Below, in pieces: positions 9,352 through 18,055 of a stretch of DNA of 64,000 nt. A program made the position numbers and the translations under genes. The DNA is from a virus, in the IMG/VR virus record IMGVR_UViG_3300009510_000002. The stretch is one strand, 5' to 3'. Position 1 is the first letter of the stretch. Each line of letters begins with the position of its first letter. The notes under the pieces were generated by a model. It was given only the letters and a program-made list of their open reading frames with translations, searched no databases and was not told the DNA's origin.

Positions 9352-10089
9352 ATGCTCGACGAAGTAGACGCAATAGAAAGAATCGCAAGCTTTTGTAGGC
9401 GATTCGGGATAAATCACTGGTACTTAGCTTATCATGCTGCTTTCCCTCAGAGAATTACGCCTGAACTTCTTACTGAAATTCGAGAAAGATTTGTTCATGA
9501 TTCACACTGGGGAGCCATTAGTGACCTACTTTTATCCAGACTGTTTCAAGAGGTCGGATATGAACTTTACGAGATGGATGTTACGTTGCGTAATATTTTG
9601 TTACATGAATTAATTTCATTTGAGAAGTATGGTAAGCGACGATTGGTTGAGCTAGCTAACTTTTATCTCGAATGGGTTTCCAAAAATCCAAGAAGAGTTT
9701 CTGAAAAAGGGTTTACACACCCTTCTGTCTGGATACCACTGATCTTGGGTGAAGAACCCACAAAACATCTAAATTACCATCTAGCGATCGCAATTCAATC
9801 AGGGCTACAAAAAGGTGATCTAAAAGAGTTGTTTCGATTAGCAATGTTTGCAGAAAATACCCCACCAGTGTTGGTGGATATTAATCCTTTATTACTCACT
9901 TACTGTAAGGGATTACATGAACTCGTTGTTCTCAGCGGTGGTGTAGAATGTGCGCTAAAAAAGTTCAAGGAGCTTGTAGACCAAGGGTATACAAATCTAA
10001 ATGTTTTTGGTGTTAACTTACCAATCCTTGAAAGAGATACTCTGGAGAAATTGTTGAATCCAAGAAGACAGGAAGTGGAAGAAGAGTAG
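9352..10089 (+). CDS. hypothetical protein
   Basis: 245-aa ORF in the same-strand gene string. Confidence 0.6.
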   Translation: MLDEVDAIERIASFCRRFGINHWYLAYHAAFPQRITPELLTEIRERFVHDSHWGAISDLLLSRLFQEVGYELYEMDVTLRNILLHELISFEKYGKRRLVELANFYLEWVSKNPRRVSEKGFTHPSVWIPLILGEEPTKHLNYHLAIAIQSGLQKGDLKELFRLAMFAENTPPVLVDINPLLLTYCKGLHELVVLSGGVECALKKFKELVDQGYTNLNVFGVNLPILERDTLEKLLNPRRQEVEEE

Positions 10090-10177
10090 CTTTTAAGCTA
10101 TAATTTTGACAAAGATCGATAAATATAAATGCCGGGTGTGTTATACACACCCTTTTTCAAACTTAGGGGGAGATGAA

Positions 10178-10477
10178 ATGAGCGCCAGAATTAGACTTGA
10201 AACAGAATTGAAGAAGTACTTTCCTAATCTTGGATGGCGGATTGAAGGTTTAGGTACATATGCAAGAGCTACATCCGAGGTTTCTATATTATTGTTGAAA
10301 ATAGATACCACGAGTGATGGTTCAAATTACGCTAACGTTTTTGTCGGATCAACTTCGGGTCCTAGACTTTTTTATGTTAATCAACCTACTAAGGTTACTC
10401 TCCATCAAGCAGTTGAATCAATGCAAGTATTTTTGAGAGGATTAGGAACGCAATTAATGGAGGTAACTAATCAATGA
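10178..10477 (+). CDS. hypothetical protein
   Basis: ATG at 10178 preceded by AGGGGGA. The ORF-track start at 10106 is TTG. Confidence 0.5.
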   Translation: MSARIRLETELKKYFPNLGWRIEGLGTYARATSEVSILLLKIDTTSDGSNYANVFVGSTSGPRLFYVNQPTKVTLHQAVESMQVFLRGLGTQLMEVTNQ

Positions 10478-10929
10478 AGGCTTTCTCCGTGCAGCAGCCT
10501 TACGCAGGATTTTTTGTTGCTTTGAATAGGAGCGATAGTACTCCTATTAAGCAGTGGGAGACTGGAAGACTAAAAACAAATTACAGAGGACCAATAGTAA
10601 TTTGTTCAAGTCGTGTAAAAAGTGCAAAAATTAATAGAGAATTACGCGAAAAGTTCGCGGATCTGATAAACCAATCACACCTAAATCAGCTGATAACTTC
10701 TTATGCCGGAAGTGCGATCGCTATAGCTGATTTAGTAGATTGCCTACCAATCACCCAAGAGCTAATCGACCAACAGACAGAATTAGAGAAGAGAGTGGGT
10801 TTTTGGGTGTTGGGCGATCACACTAAATACGCTTGGAAACTAGAGAATGTCCGCCGAATCCCTGTACCATTCCCTGTACGTGGGCAATTAGGGATTTACA
10901 ATTTACCCTACGAAATTGAAATAGCATGA
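10474..10929 (+). CDS. ASCH (PUA-like) domain protein
   Basis: N-terminus MKAFSVQQPYAGFF...ETGRLKTNYRGPIVICSS resembles the ASCH pattern (MKAxSIxQPWA...E.R.....RG.lxIHA). Confidence 0.55.
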   Translation: MKAFSVQQPYAGFFVALNRSDSTPIKQWETGRLKTNYRGPIVICSSRVKSAKINRELREKFADLINQSHLNQLITSYAGSAIAIADLVDCLPITQELIDQQTELEKRVGFWVLGDHTKYAWKLENVRRIPVPFPVRGQLGIYNLPYEIEIA

Positions 10930-11939
10930 TCGACATCGGTAGTATCTGTTCCGGTATGGGAATGGGCTTACACGGGTTAGGTACGCCAAAGTGGGGAATT
11001 GAGTACGATGAAAAGATCGCCCAAGTCTACAAACTCAATCACCCTACCTCACAGATCTATGTCCAACCTGTAGAATCAATCATCCCATCCACGCTGCAAG
11101 ACGTAGACCTAATCATTGCTACTCCCAGTTGTCAAAATGCATCAATCGCCAAAGGTGAGTCCATCGAAGCTCCTGAAGACTACAGGGTAGGGCAGGCGAT
11201 CGCCCAAATAATTTCCACTAAACTCCCCAAATTCTTCATGCTAGAAAACGTCTGGGGATATCGTAATTTTGATGCGTTCAAAACCATTATTGCTGCTCTT
11301 AACAGGAATGGCTATTACTTGCAGTATTATCATCTGAACTTAGCTGACTGGGGTATTGCCCAATCCAGATTCCGTCTTTACCTGTTAGCTATCAGACATG
11401 GTGCGTTCTGGGATGTAGTCCCACCCCAACTACCAAAGGTAGGATGGTATGAGGCGATCGCGGATCTAATCCCCGAACTTCCAGAGTCTCAGTTATGTGA
11501 TTGGCAACTCAAGAAATTCCCCAATTTGTCTCAAGTCTGCCTAATCCCTGACCATTCCAACTGGACTCCTTTAGTCCCTCCCACAAAACCAGCAAATACT
11601 ATTCGCGCTGGACATACCACATTCAAAGCTTTGGTTAAACGGGCTGGTGGTGGACGGGACAGCGATCGCCTTTACCTCCCATCAGACCCACCACCAACTA
11701 TCAAAGCGATGTGTGGTCAGCAGTATCGCCAACTTGATGCAATAGTTGGGGATGCGATCGTTTGTGTGACTCCCCGCGCTTGTCTCCGGTTCTTTGGGAA
11801 TAAGGAGATAGCAGATAATATTTGGCTACCACCTCAAAAGGGTTTAGCTACAAAGGTGGTAGGGAATGGAGCTAGCTGGCAAATTTTCGGGCAATTGTTT
11901 AATCACTTACAACTATCATGTGACATTAACGTCGCTTAA
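10926..11939 (+). CDS. DNA (cytosine-5)-methyltransferase
   Basis: Motif I ICSGMGMG, motif IV TPSCQNAS (PCQ), motif VI MLENV, motif VIII QSRFRLY, motif X GNGAS. Confidence 0.85.
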   Translation: MIDIGSICSGMGMGLHGLGTPKWGIEYDEKIAQVYKLNHPTSQIYVQPVESIIPSTLQDVDLIIATPSCQNASIAKGESIEAPEDYRVGQAIAQIISTKLPKFFMLENVWGYRNFDAFKTIIAALNRNGYYLQYYHLNLADWGIAQSRFRLYLLAIRHGAFWDVVPPQLPKVGWYEAIADLIPELPESQLCDWQLKKFPNLSQVCLIPDHSNWTPLVPPTKPANTIRAGHTTFKALVKRAGGGRDSDRLYLPSDPPPTIKAMCGQQYRQLDAIVGDAIVCVTPRACLRFFGNKEIADNIWLPPQKGLATKVVGNGASWQIFGQLFNHLQLSCDINVA

Positions 11940-11943
11940 AACC

Positions 11944-12354
11944 ATGCTAAAAGTCAATCTTCATATCGCTGACAAAACCAATATTGTTCTTATTGTTCTT
12001 CTGCTCTACGAAGATAAAGAACAATTAGTCCAAAAAGGTTGGACCATGTATTATCCAAGTGACTGTGATGATACTTACTGGGATGCTTTTTATGCTGCAA
12101 CCATCGCCACATTAAAAGATTACCCAGAACAAGTCACAAAAGCTAATGTAGCGATCGCGCTTCACGAACATTTCCACCTACTCTTGGGTGAGACAGACCC
12201 CGACAAAATAACTGAGAACCTGAGCTATATGCGATGGGCAACGGGTATCATCAGGAACTTAAGAAAGGTTTACTACCCTTCTAGCGATAATGAAGTAACT
12301 GGGGAGGTAGTAGTTGAAGTAATCCCTCCAGAGCCATATCAGTGGGAAGGTTAG
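11944..12354 (+). CDS. hypothetical protein
   Basis: In-frame ATG just after the MTase stop. The ORF-track start at 11866 would overlap the MTase gene by 74 nt. Confidence 0.5.
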   Translation: MLKVNLHIADKTNIVLIVLLLYEDKEQLVQKGWTMYYPSDCDDTYWDAFYAATIATLKDYPEQVTKANVAIALHEHFHLLLGETDPDKITENLSYMRWATGIIRNLRKVYYPSSDNEVTGEVVVEVIPPEPYQWEG

Positions 12355-12379
12355 GTAATTTAAATAGGAGGCGCTAGCC

Positions 12380-12601
12380 ATGACATCAACAGTAATAAGA
12401 TATGAAATAGTAGAAGGACTACCAGAGGATCATGGCATTTACTTATTCCTGCTTCGTGATGGTAGTATCAAGGAAGGATTCTACTCGTCATTCCCATTCC
12501 CTCACCATGACAAACCTGTTCGCTACGGGAATCTGAAAGAAGAATTTCTTGAATATGGTGAGCCTACTGGATGGTTGAGACGCTTACCAGAACCGACATA
12601 A
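12380..12601 (+). CDS. hypothetical protein
   Basis: 73-aa ORF with SD AATAGGAGG upstream. Confidence 0.5.
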   Translation: MTSTVIRYEIVEGLPEDHGIYLFLLRDGSIKEGFYSSFPFPHHDKPVRYGNLKEEFLEYGEPTGWLRRLPEPT

Positions 12602-12697
12602 ACGCTTGGTGCGATCGCTAAATTGCCAAAATAGTATTATATTGTGGCAGAATTAGGGTAAAGTAACCTTAGTACTTAACAGAGCGATCGCACTTTA

Positions 12698-13321
12698 ATG
12701 AATCCAAGCATTCCTCAATACTGGGAATATCAACAAGATTTAGACAGAACACCAAAAAGATTTCGTGCGTTCTCACTATTTCGTGATCTTGGTAAAGATG
12801 TGCGAACGGTAGCAAGAGCGTGGGCAGCTTATAAAGGAATTCCGTATAGTGAATACGAGGAAAGTGTCAGGGAACACGTAGGTAGAAAGCAGGTCCCTGG
12901 ATATTTTAGGGAAATGGCAATAAATGCTAAATGGATGGAAAGAGCGATCGCATACGACGCTTTTTTAGACAGAAAACAAATAGAAACTTTCACAAAAGAA
13001 GAAAATATAAAACATAAGAGAAAACTAGAGATACATCGCCAAAAACAAGAGCACGTAGGCAGTTTGATGACGAGTCAAGCTATAGAAGTCTTGAAAGTTG
13101 CCAAAATAGCGATGGGTGAATACTATACAATAAATGACCCAGCAAATCCAAGTGACATTACTTTAAATAGAGTTTTAGATATACGTGAAATTTATAATTT
13201 ATGCCGTATTGCTAAAGAGTTAGGATTAGCAGGTAAACACCTAACATCTGAATCTCTTGGTATTAATCAAATTCTTTTAGAATTAGAAAAACTTGACTTC
13301 CCAAATATAGAAGAGGAGTAA
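12698..13321 (+). CDS. hypothetical protein, candidate small terminase subunit by position
   Basis: 207-aa ORF immediately upstream of terL. The functional call is positional only. Confidence 0.35.
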   Translation: MNPSIPQYWEYQQDLDRTPKRFRAFSLFRDLGKDVRTVARAWAAYKGIPYSEYEESVREHVGRKQVPGYFREMAINAKWMERAIAYDAFLDRKQIETFTKEENIKHKRKLEIHRQKQEHVGSLMTSQAIEVLKVAKIAMGEYYTINDPANPSDITLNRVLDIREIYNLCRIAKELGLAGKHLTSESLGINQILLELEKLDFPNIEEE

Positions 13322-13331
13322 TAATTAAGCA

Positions 13332-15743
13332 GTGAAATCAGTTGATCGCTTAGTAATGGACAGGGCTAGAAAAGCACTCCCATTATTAAATAAAGTTAAA
13401 AGTATTAACAAGAATTCACCCCAAATAGGAAAAGCGATTAAATCTTTCGCCGACAAGCTATGGAAACCACAAGCAGGACCGCAGACTCAGGCATTTAACC
13501 ATCAGGCAGATGAACTGTTATTTGGGGGAGCAGCAGGAGGCGGGAAAGCTCAACCATGCTACTCCATAGAGTGGGCGTTTGAGAATCTTAAATCATTTAC
13601 GGTGGATCAATATAGTAGTGTACTGTCTCAAATACCACAAGAGATTAGAAACAAAGACAGCAAAATACTAATGGGTGATGGACGCTGGAAATCGCTCGCT
13701 GAGATTGTAGTTGGCGATCGCATCATGAATCCCAGTGGTAGAACTCAAGAAGTATTACAGGTACATGAGAGAGGAATACTACACCTTTACCGGATTACCT
13801 TTGCAGATAAGACCACAGTGGAGTGCAGTGGTGATCATCTGTGGGGTTTTTGGAACATCAGGCCTCCTACTGTAAAAACTATTGACTGGGGTGTTAGCTA
13901 CATTTATAACACAAGAGTTAAAAATACGGAGTGGTTGTTTGAACAGTTTAACCAGTGGGGGAAATTTGCTATTCCCATCAATGATGCACTTAATTATACT
14001 GATAAATCCTTAAATAGTAGATGGGAAATCGCACGAAGATTGTTTGATGCTCATGGGGAAATCACTCAAGACAATGTTTTTATTGGGACTTTTGGTGACG
14101 ATTGTGACTTTGTGACTGACTTAGTGCGATCGCTGGGTTACATGGTTAGACACGAAGAAATCGACAGCGATCGCACTAAGCTTGTTGTCGAAGGTAATGA
14201 TAAATGGAAGTTATTTAGCCTTCCCTGTAAAGTAGAAGCAGCGAAAGAACATGAGCCAAATATCTGGGTGGGTAAAAGAATTGAGAATATCGAGGAAATT
14301 GGCTCAACCTACTGTAGATGCATAACAGTTTCTAACCCAAATGGTCTGTACATAACCGACGGATACAACGTCACCCACAATTCAGCCCTGCTACTGATAC
14401 TCGCTGGTCTATCCCATACTCAGTCAATCATTTTCCGCCGTGAATACTCTCGCCTAAAAGATATCATCGAGAAAAGCCGTAGGATGTTTGGCGAATTAGG
14501 GAAAAGCGCCAGGTATAACAGTACTGATAAGATTTGGCGCTTACCCAGTGGAAAGACAATTGAATTTGGAGCGATTCAGTACGACCAAGATATGGAGAAC
14601 TATCGCGGTCGTGAGCATGACTTAAAGGGATGGGACGAATTAACCGAGTTTACCCAAGAAATATACGAATTCGTCAATACTTGGAACCGATCGCCCAACC
14701 AAGTCCAACGCTGTAGAATCGTCGCTACTTGTAATCCACCATCCACAGAAGAGGGGCAGTGGATTATTGATTACTGGGGACCTTGGTTAAAGGAAGATTA
14801 CGAAGGTGTACCAGCACTACCTGGGGAAATTAGATGGTTTGCCCGTATTGGTGACAAAGACGTAGAACTGGAGTCAGGCGATCGCTTTTCCCACACCGAT
14901 GAAGATGGCAGAACCGAGCAAATTATTCCTCGTTCCCGCTCATTTATCCCAGCTAGGCTAGAAGATAATGCCTACCTGATGAACACCAACTACCGGGGGG
15001 CATTGCAACGATTACCTGAGCCACTGCGATCGCAGCTACTCTATGGTAGTTTCAAGAAAATAAAGACCAAAGACCATCCGTGGCAGGTTATTCCCTCGGA
15101 ATGGTACGATCAAGCGGTAGCCAGATGGACTGAAAACCCACCCGCACCACAATCGCATTTAGGTGTAGACGTAGCCAGAGGTGGTGAATGTAATTCAGTT
15201 ATTGCTAGCAGATACTACAACTGGTTAGCCCCACTAATTGTCATTCCAGGGACGGAAACCCCAGATGGTGACACACTGGCGATGGAAATATTAAAACATC
15301 GCCGCCATAATAAGGTAGAAATCAGGATTGACGTACTTGGTGTAGGTTATTCTCCCTATGATTCACTCAATCGCTTGAGAGTAAAAGAAGTAGTAGCGAT
15401 CAATGGTAATGCGAGCACAGGGGAGAAAAAAGATAAATCAGGAGTACTAGAATTCTTCAACCTGCGATCGTTTATGTATTGGCATTTTAGGGAAGCACTA
15501 GACCCTAAAAACCATTACGACATCATGTTACCGAATGATCCTCGACTGCGAAGGGAGATATTAGCTCCGCGATGGGAGTGCACAAAAGGTAGAAGTGATT
15601 TTGGGATTATTCGGGTTGAGAGTAAAGAAGATATAATTAAGCGTATTGGTGGTGGGAGTCCTGATAGAGCAGACGCTACGGTATATGCGTTCGCTGATTT
15701 AGAACTTGATGTTACTGATAATTATGATTGGTTGAGGGGATGA
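13332..15743 (+). CDS. terL: terminase large subunit, interrupted by an intein
   Basis: P-loop GGAAGGGK (aa 65-72), Walker B KGWDELTEF, ATCNPP, nuclease motifs GVDVARGG and SPDRADATVYAF. 803 aa with the Hint insertion, about 525 aa without it. Confidence 0.85.
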   Translation: MKSVDRLVMDRARKALPLLNKVKSINKNSPQIGKAIKSFADKLWKPQAGPQTQAFNHQADELLFGGAAGGGKAQPCYSIEWAFENLKSFTVDQYSSVLSQIPQEIRNKDSKILMGDGRWKSLAEIVVGDRIMNPSGRTQEVLQVHERGILHLYRITFADKTTVECSGDHLWGFWNIRPPTVKTIDWGVSYIYNTRVKNTEWLFEQFNQWGKFAIPINDALNYTDKSLNSRWEIARRLFDAHGEITQDNVFIGTFGDDCDFVTDLVRSLGYMVRHEEIDSDRTKLVVEGNDKWKLFSLPCKVEAAKEHEPNIWVGKRIENIEEIGSTYCRCITVSNPNGLYITDGYNVTHNSALLLILAGLSHTQSIIFRREYSRLKDIIEKSRRMFGELGKSARYNSTDKIWRLPSGKTIEFGAIQYDQDMENYRGREHDLKGWDELTEFTQEIYEFVNTWNRSPNQVQRCRIVATCNPPSTEEGQWIIDYWGPWLKEDYEGVPALPGEIRWFARIGDKDVELESGDRFSHTDEDGRTEQIIPRSRSFIPARLEDNAYLMNTNYRGALQRLPEPLRSQLLYGSFKKIKTKDHPWQVIPSEWYDQAVARWTENPPAPQSHLGVDVARGGECNSVIASRYYNWLAPLIVIPGTETPDGDTLAMEILKHRRHNKVEIRIDVLGVGYSPYDSLNRLRVKEVVAINGNASTGEKKDKSGVLEFFNLRSFMYWHFREALDPKNHYDIMLPNDPRLRREILAPRWECTKGRSDFGIIRVESKEDIIKRIGGGSPDRADATVYAFADLELDVTDNYDWLRG
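13548..14381 (+). mobile_element. Intein (Hint domain) inside the terL P-loop, probable class 3
   Basis: Block A-like DSKILMGDGRWKSLAEIVVGD, block B SGDHLW, block F YCRCITV, block G NVTHN followed by Ser. The C-terminal junction HN|S at 14381/14382 is clear. The N-terminal junction is ambiguous, at 13548 or about 13644. Confidence 0.7.
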
Positions 15744-15841
15744 CTTATGATGACTGAAGTGGAAGAACAAAATCAGCAAAGAGTAGATAAATTGTGTCAG
15801 AAACTGCTATAATCCAAACGAGATGCGGACTCACATAGAAG

Positions 15842-15878
15842 ATCAAAAGCGTCCTGAACAAATTGGGACGCTTTTGAT
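15842..15878 (+). terminator. hairpin after terL (ATCAAAAGCGTCC / GGACGCTTTTGAT)
   Basis: 13-bp perfect stem about 100 nt after the terL stop, with a U-rich 3' arm. Confidence 0.5.
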
Positions 15879-15907
15879 TGCCACCCACTAGAGCGATCGC
15901 CTATAAT
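15878..15907 (+). promoter_or_regulatory. sigma70-like promoter TTGCCA-N18-TATAAT with HIP1 in the spacer
   Basis: Read directly. Same architecture as 16308-16337 and 16808-16837. Confidence 0.45.
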
Positions 15908-15949
15908 CAATTCTAGTTAAGTCTATAATGTAAGTGTGTTATCATGGAT

Positions 15950-16016
15950 ACTCAACACTAATCTGTCCCTAACTACAGGGATGCACCTAAAGATTAGTAG
16001 TTGAGTATTTTTTATT
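15950..16016 (+). ncRNA. structured element A1: long bulged hairpin with inner TCCCT/AGGGA stem plus T-run (sRNA 3' end or terminator)
   Basis: ACTCAACACTAATCT...AGATTAGTAGTTGAGT followed by ATTTTTTATTT. Paralogous to 16079-16146. Confidence 0.5.
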
Positions 16017-16078
16017 TGAAAATCGCCTACAATATTAGTACCAACCTCCCCGTTGGTGCTATTTCCATATCTGTCGGT

Positions 16079-16146
16079 GTTCAACACTAATTGTCCCTAG
16101 TTACAAGGGATGCAAGGAAAGATTAGTAGTTGAACATTTTTATTTG
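16079..16146 (+). ncRNA. structured element A2, paralog of A1
   Basis: GTTCAACACTAAT...AGATTAGTAGTTGAAC followed by ATTTTTATTT. The stems are conserved while the loop sequence differs from A1. Confidence 0.5.
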
Positions 16147-16307
16147 TATGAATATTCGGTTTACCGTAATCTAGAGTTCGGTAAACCGAACAAGCATCAA
16201 GATCGCCAAACAAAAACACACCTTACTGTGGCTGGTAGATAACAGTAAGGTGTGGTGCTTAACTGTCAAAACCTATTTCCGTTATCTTAGTCGATCTTCC
16301 AAAAAAG

Positions 16308-16337
16308 TTGTACTCGGAGGAGCGATCGCACTATAAT
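16308..16337 (+). promoter_or_regulatory. promoter TTGTAC-N18-TATAAT (spacer TCGGAGGAGCGATCGCAC)
   Basis: Read directly. Near-identical to the promoter at 16808-16837. Confidence 0.5.
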
Positions 16338-16499
16338 CAGTCCAGTGCCAAACGGTGAGGATTGGAACGAATAGCCAATGGTCCTGTAAATTCTCCTCCT
16401 TCAACATTGCCCTAGACTCTGCCAAGATCTGGGGCGATTGTTTTGACGTGAGTTATAATCAGTCGAGATGGAGATTCAATCATGATATTATTACATCCT

Positions 16500-16536
16500 C
16501 ACCCTCAGTTTTTGTGACTGAGGGTGTTTTGTTTTT
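16500..16536 (+). terminator. intrinsic terminator CACCCTCAG/CTGAGGGTG plus TTTTGTTTTT
   Basis: 9-bp stem followed by a T-run. Would end a transcript of about 190 nt from the 16308 promoter. Confidence 0.65.
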
Positions 16537-16807
16537 GAGCCAAATCGACTAAAATGCAACCAGGTTGCATATATCGATACTGTCGCTCCTAGTTGCTGAT
16601 GCCTGGGAGCCTTTTTATGCGAGTGCTATAATATTCAAGTTTGGTAAGATTCATTTTTATGTCCCCTCGCTCTCAGCCATTAGGTTCTGGGGGCGATTGT
16701 TTATGATGGGCTATAATATTTCTGTTGCTGATAAAACAGCACGCAAAAAAAGATTTGGGTCTTGTTATCACCTCTGATGTCAAAATCAGGGGTGATTGTT
16801 TATTGAC

Positions 16808-16837
16808 TTGTAGTCTGGAGGAGCGATCGCCTATCAT
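16808..16837 (+). promoter_or_regulatory. promoter TTGTAG-N18-TATCAT upstream of the patatin gene
   Basis: Paralog of the 16308 promoter (spacer TCTGGAGGAGCGATCGCC). Confidence 0.45.
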
Positions 16838-16863
16838 GGTTTCACAAATGTAATTTACCCCCG

Positions 16864-16897
16864 CCCATCTATATAGAATAGATGGGTATTTTTTTGG
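16864..16897 (+). terminator. leader hairpin CCCATCTAT/ATAGATGGG plus TATTTTTTT between promoter and patatin ATG
   Basis: 9-bp stem, 5-nt loop and 7-T run, located 46 nt upstream of the ATG at 16943. Confidence 0.55.
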
Positions 16898-16942
16898 AAG
16901 TTTGGTTATATTTGTGGTGTCCAACCGTAAAGCACAACACTT

Positions 16943-17947
16943 ATGGCTTCCTATAACCGCTTCTACAAAATCCTGTCAATTGATGGTGGTGGTATTCGGG
17001 GGATAATCCCCGCAGCGATCCTAAAAGAGATTGAGCGACGGACCAACAAAAGAATCTACCAGTTGTTTGACCTTATTGCTGGTACTTCTACTGGAGGAAT
17101 ACTGGCTTTAGGCTTAACCACACCTAGGGAATTCAATAAAAATGGAAATTATGCACTATATTCAGCGGAAGATTTACTGAATTTGTACATAAATCAAGGT
17201 GCGGACATTTTTGCTAAATCCAGAACTTTGCCATCATTTATTCCGGACCAATTAGCTAGCTTGTTCTGTCCCAAGTACCGGGATACTGGCAGAGACAATA
17301 TTTTACATAGCTACTTTAAAGATGCATTTCTTGTAGATGCACTAACTAAAATCTTCATTACCAGCTACGATACCGTTGGACGTGTCCCAGTTTTCTTTAC
17401 TAATGATGTTGAACAAATAGGGGTTAGCTATAAAAAGCTATTTAAAGGAATAACAATGAGGCAGGCAGCGATCGCTACTTCTGCCGCTCCCACTTTCTTC
17501 CCACCATTTGAATTAGCTGATTTGTCTTTGGTTGATGGTGGAGTTTACGCCAATAACCCAGTCCACTTGGCTATAACTGAATCAATCATTAACAGCAAAG
17601 GTAGAGAAACCAGAACTCTAGATGATTTAATGGTTGTGAGTCTGGGGACCGGATCGCTCACCAGACCTTATCCCTACAATAAAACTAAAAACTGGGGAGC
17701 ACTTCAATGGGTCGGTCCATTAATTGATGTAGCTTTCGACGCACAGTCAGAGGCGATCGCATCTCAACTGGAACAAATGTTTCCTAGCGATCGCTATTAC
17801 CGTTTTCAAGCCCTATTGACTACTGCTGATGACGACATGGACAATACTTCACCGAGAAATATTTCAGATTTACTTGAAGTAGCCGATCAACTGATTATTT
17901 CTCAGGATAAAAATATAGATCGCCTTTGCCAGAATTTGATAAGTTAG
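16943..17947 (+). CDS. patatin-like phospholipase
   Basis: Oxyanion motif DGGGIRG, nucleophile elbow GTSTGG (GxSxG), catalytic Asp in SLVDGGVYANNP. Confidence 0.9.
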   Translation: MASYNRFYKILSIDGGGIRGIIPAAILKEIERRTNKRIYQLFDLIAGTSTGGILALGLTTPREFNKNGNYALYSAEDLLNLYINQGADIFAKSRTLPSFIPDQLASLFCPKYRDTGRDNILHSYFKDAFLVDALTKIFITSYDTVGRVPVFFTNDVEQIGVSYKKLFKGITMRQAAIATSAAPTFFPPFELADLSLVDGGVYANNPVHLAITESIINSKGRETRTLDDLMVVSLGTGSLTRPYPYNKTKNWGALQWVGPLIDVAFDAQSEAIASQLEQMFPSDRYYRFQALLTTADDDMDNTSPRNISDLLEVADQLIISQDKNIDRLCQNLIS

Positions 17948-18055
17948 TCCTAAAGCAACAACCCCGCCTTAGCAGCAGGGTTGAGTGAGAGTAAAAATTG
18001 GGTTATTAACAAAAAGTGTGAATAAGGTCCGAATCTCTACTAGCTTAACAAATTA

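Noticed and set aside
16355-16924. Track ORFs 16355..16552, 16565..16777 and 16673..16924
   Set aside because: They run through promoter-like boxes, hairpins and terminators, lack an RBS and have implausible sequences. The region is treated as non-coding.
16943-17947. Patatin gene as the effector of a CBASS operon
   Set aside because: No CD-NTase-like, E1/E2/JAB or other CBASS signalling gene is adjacent. The neighbours are non-coding repeats and a low-complexity ORF.
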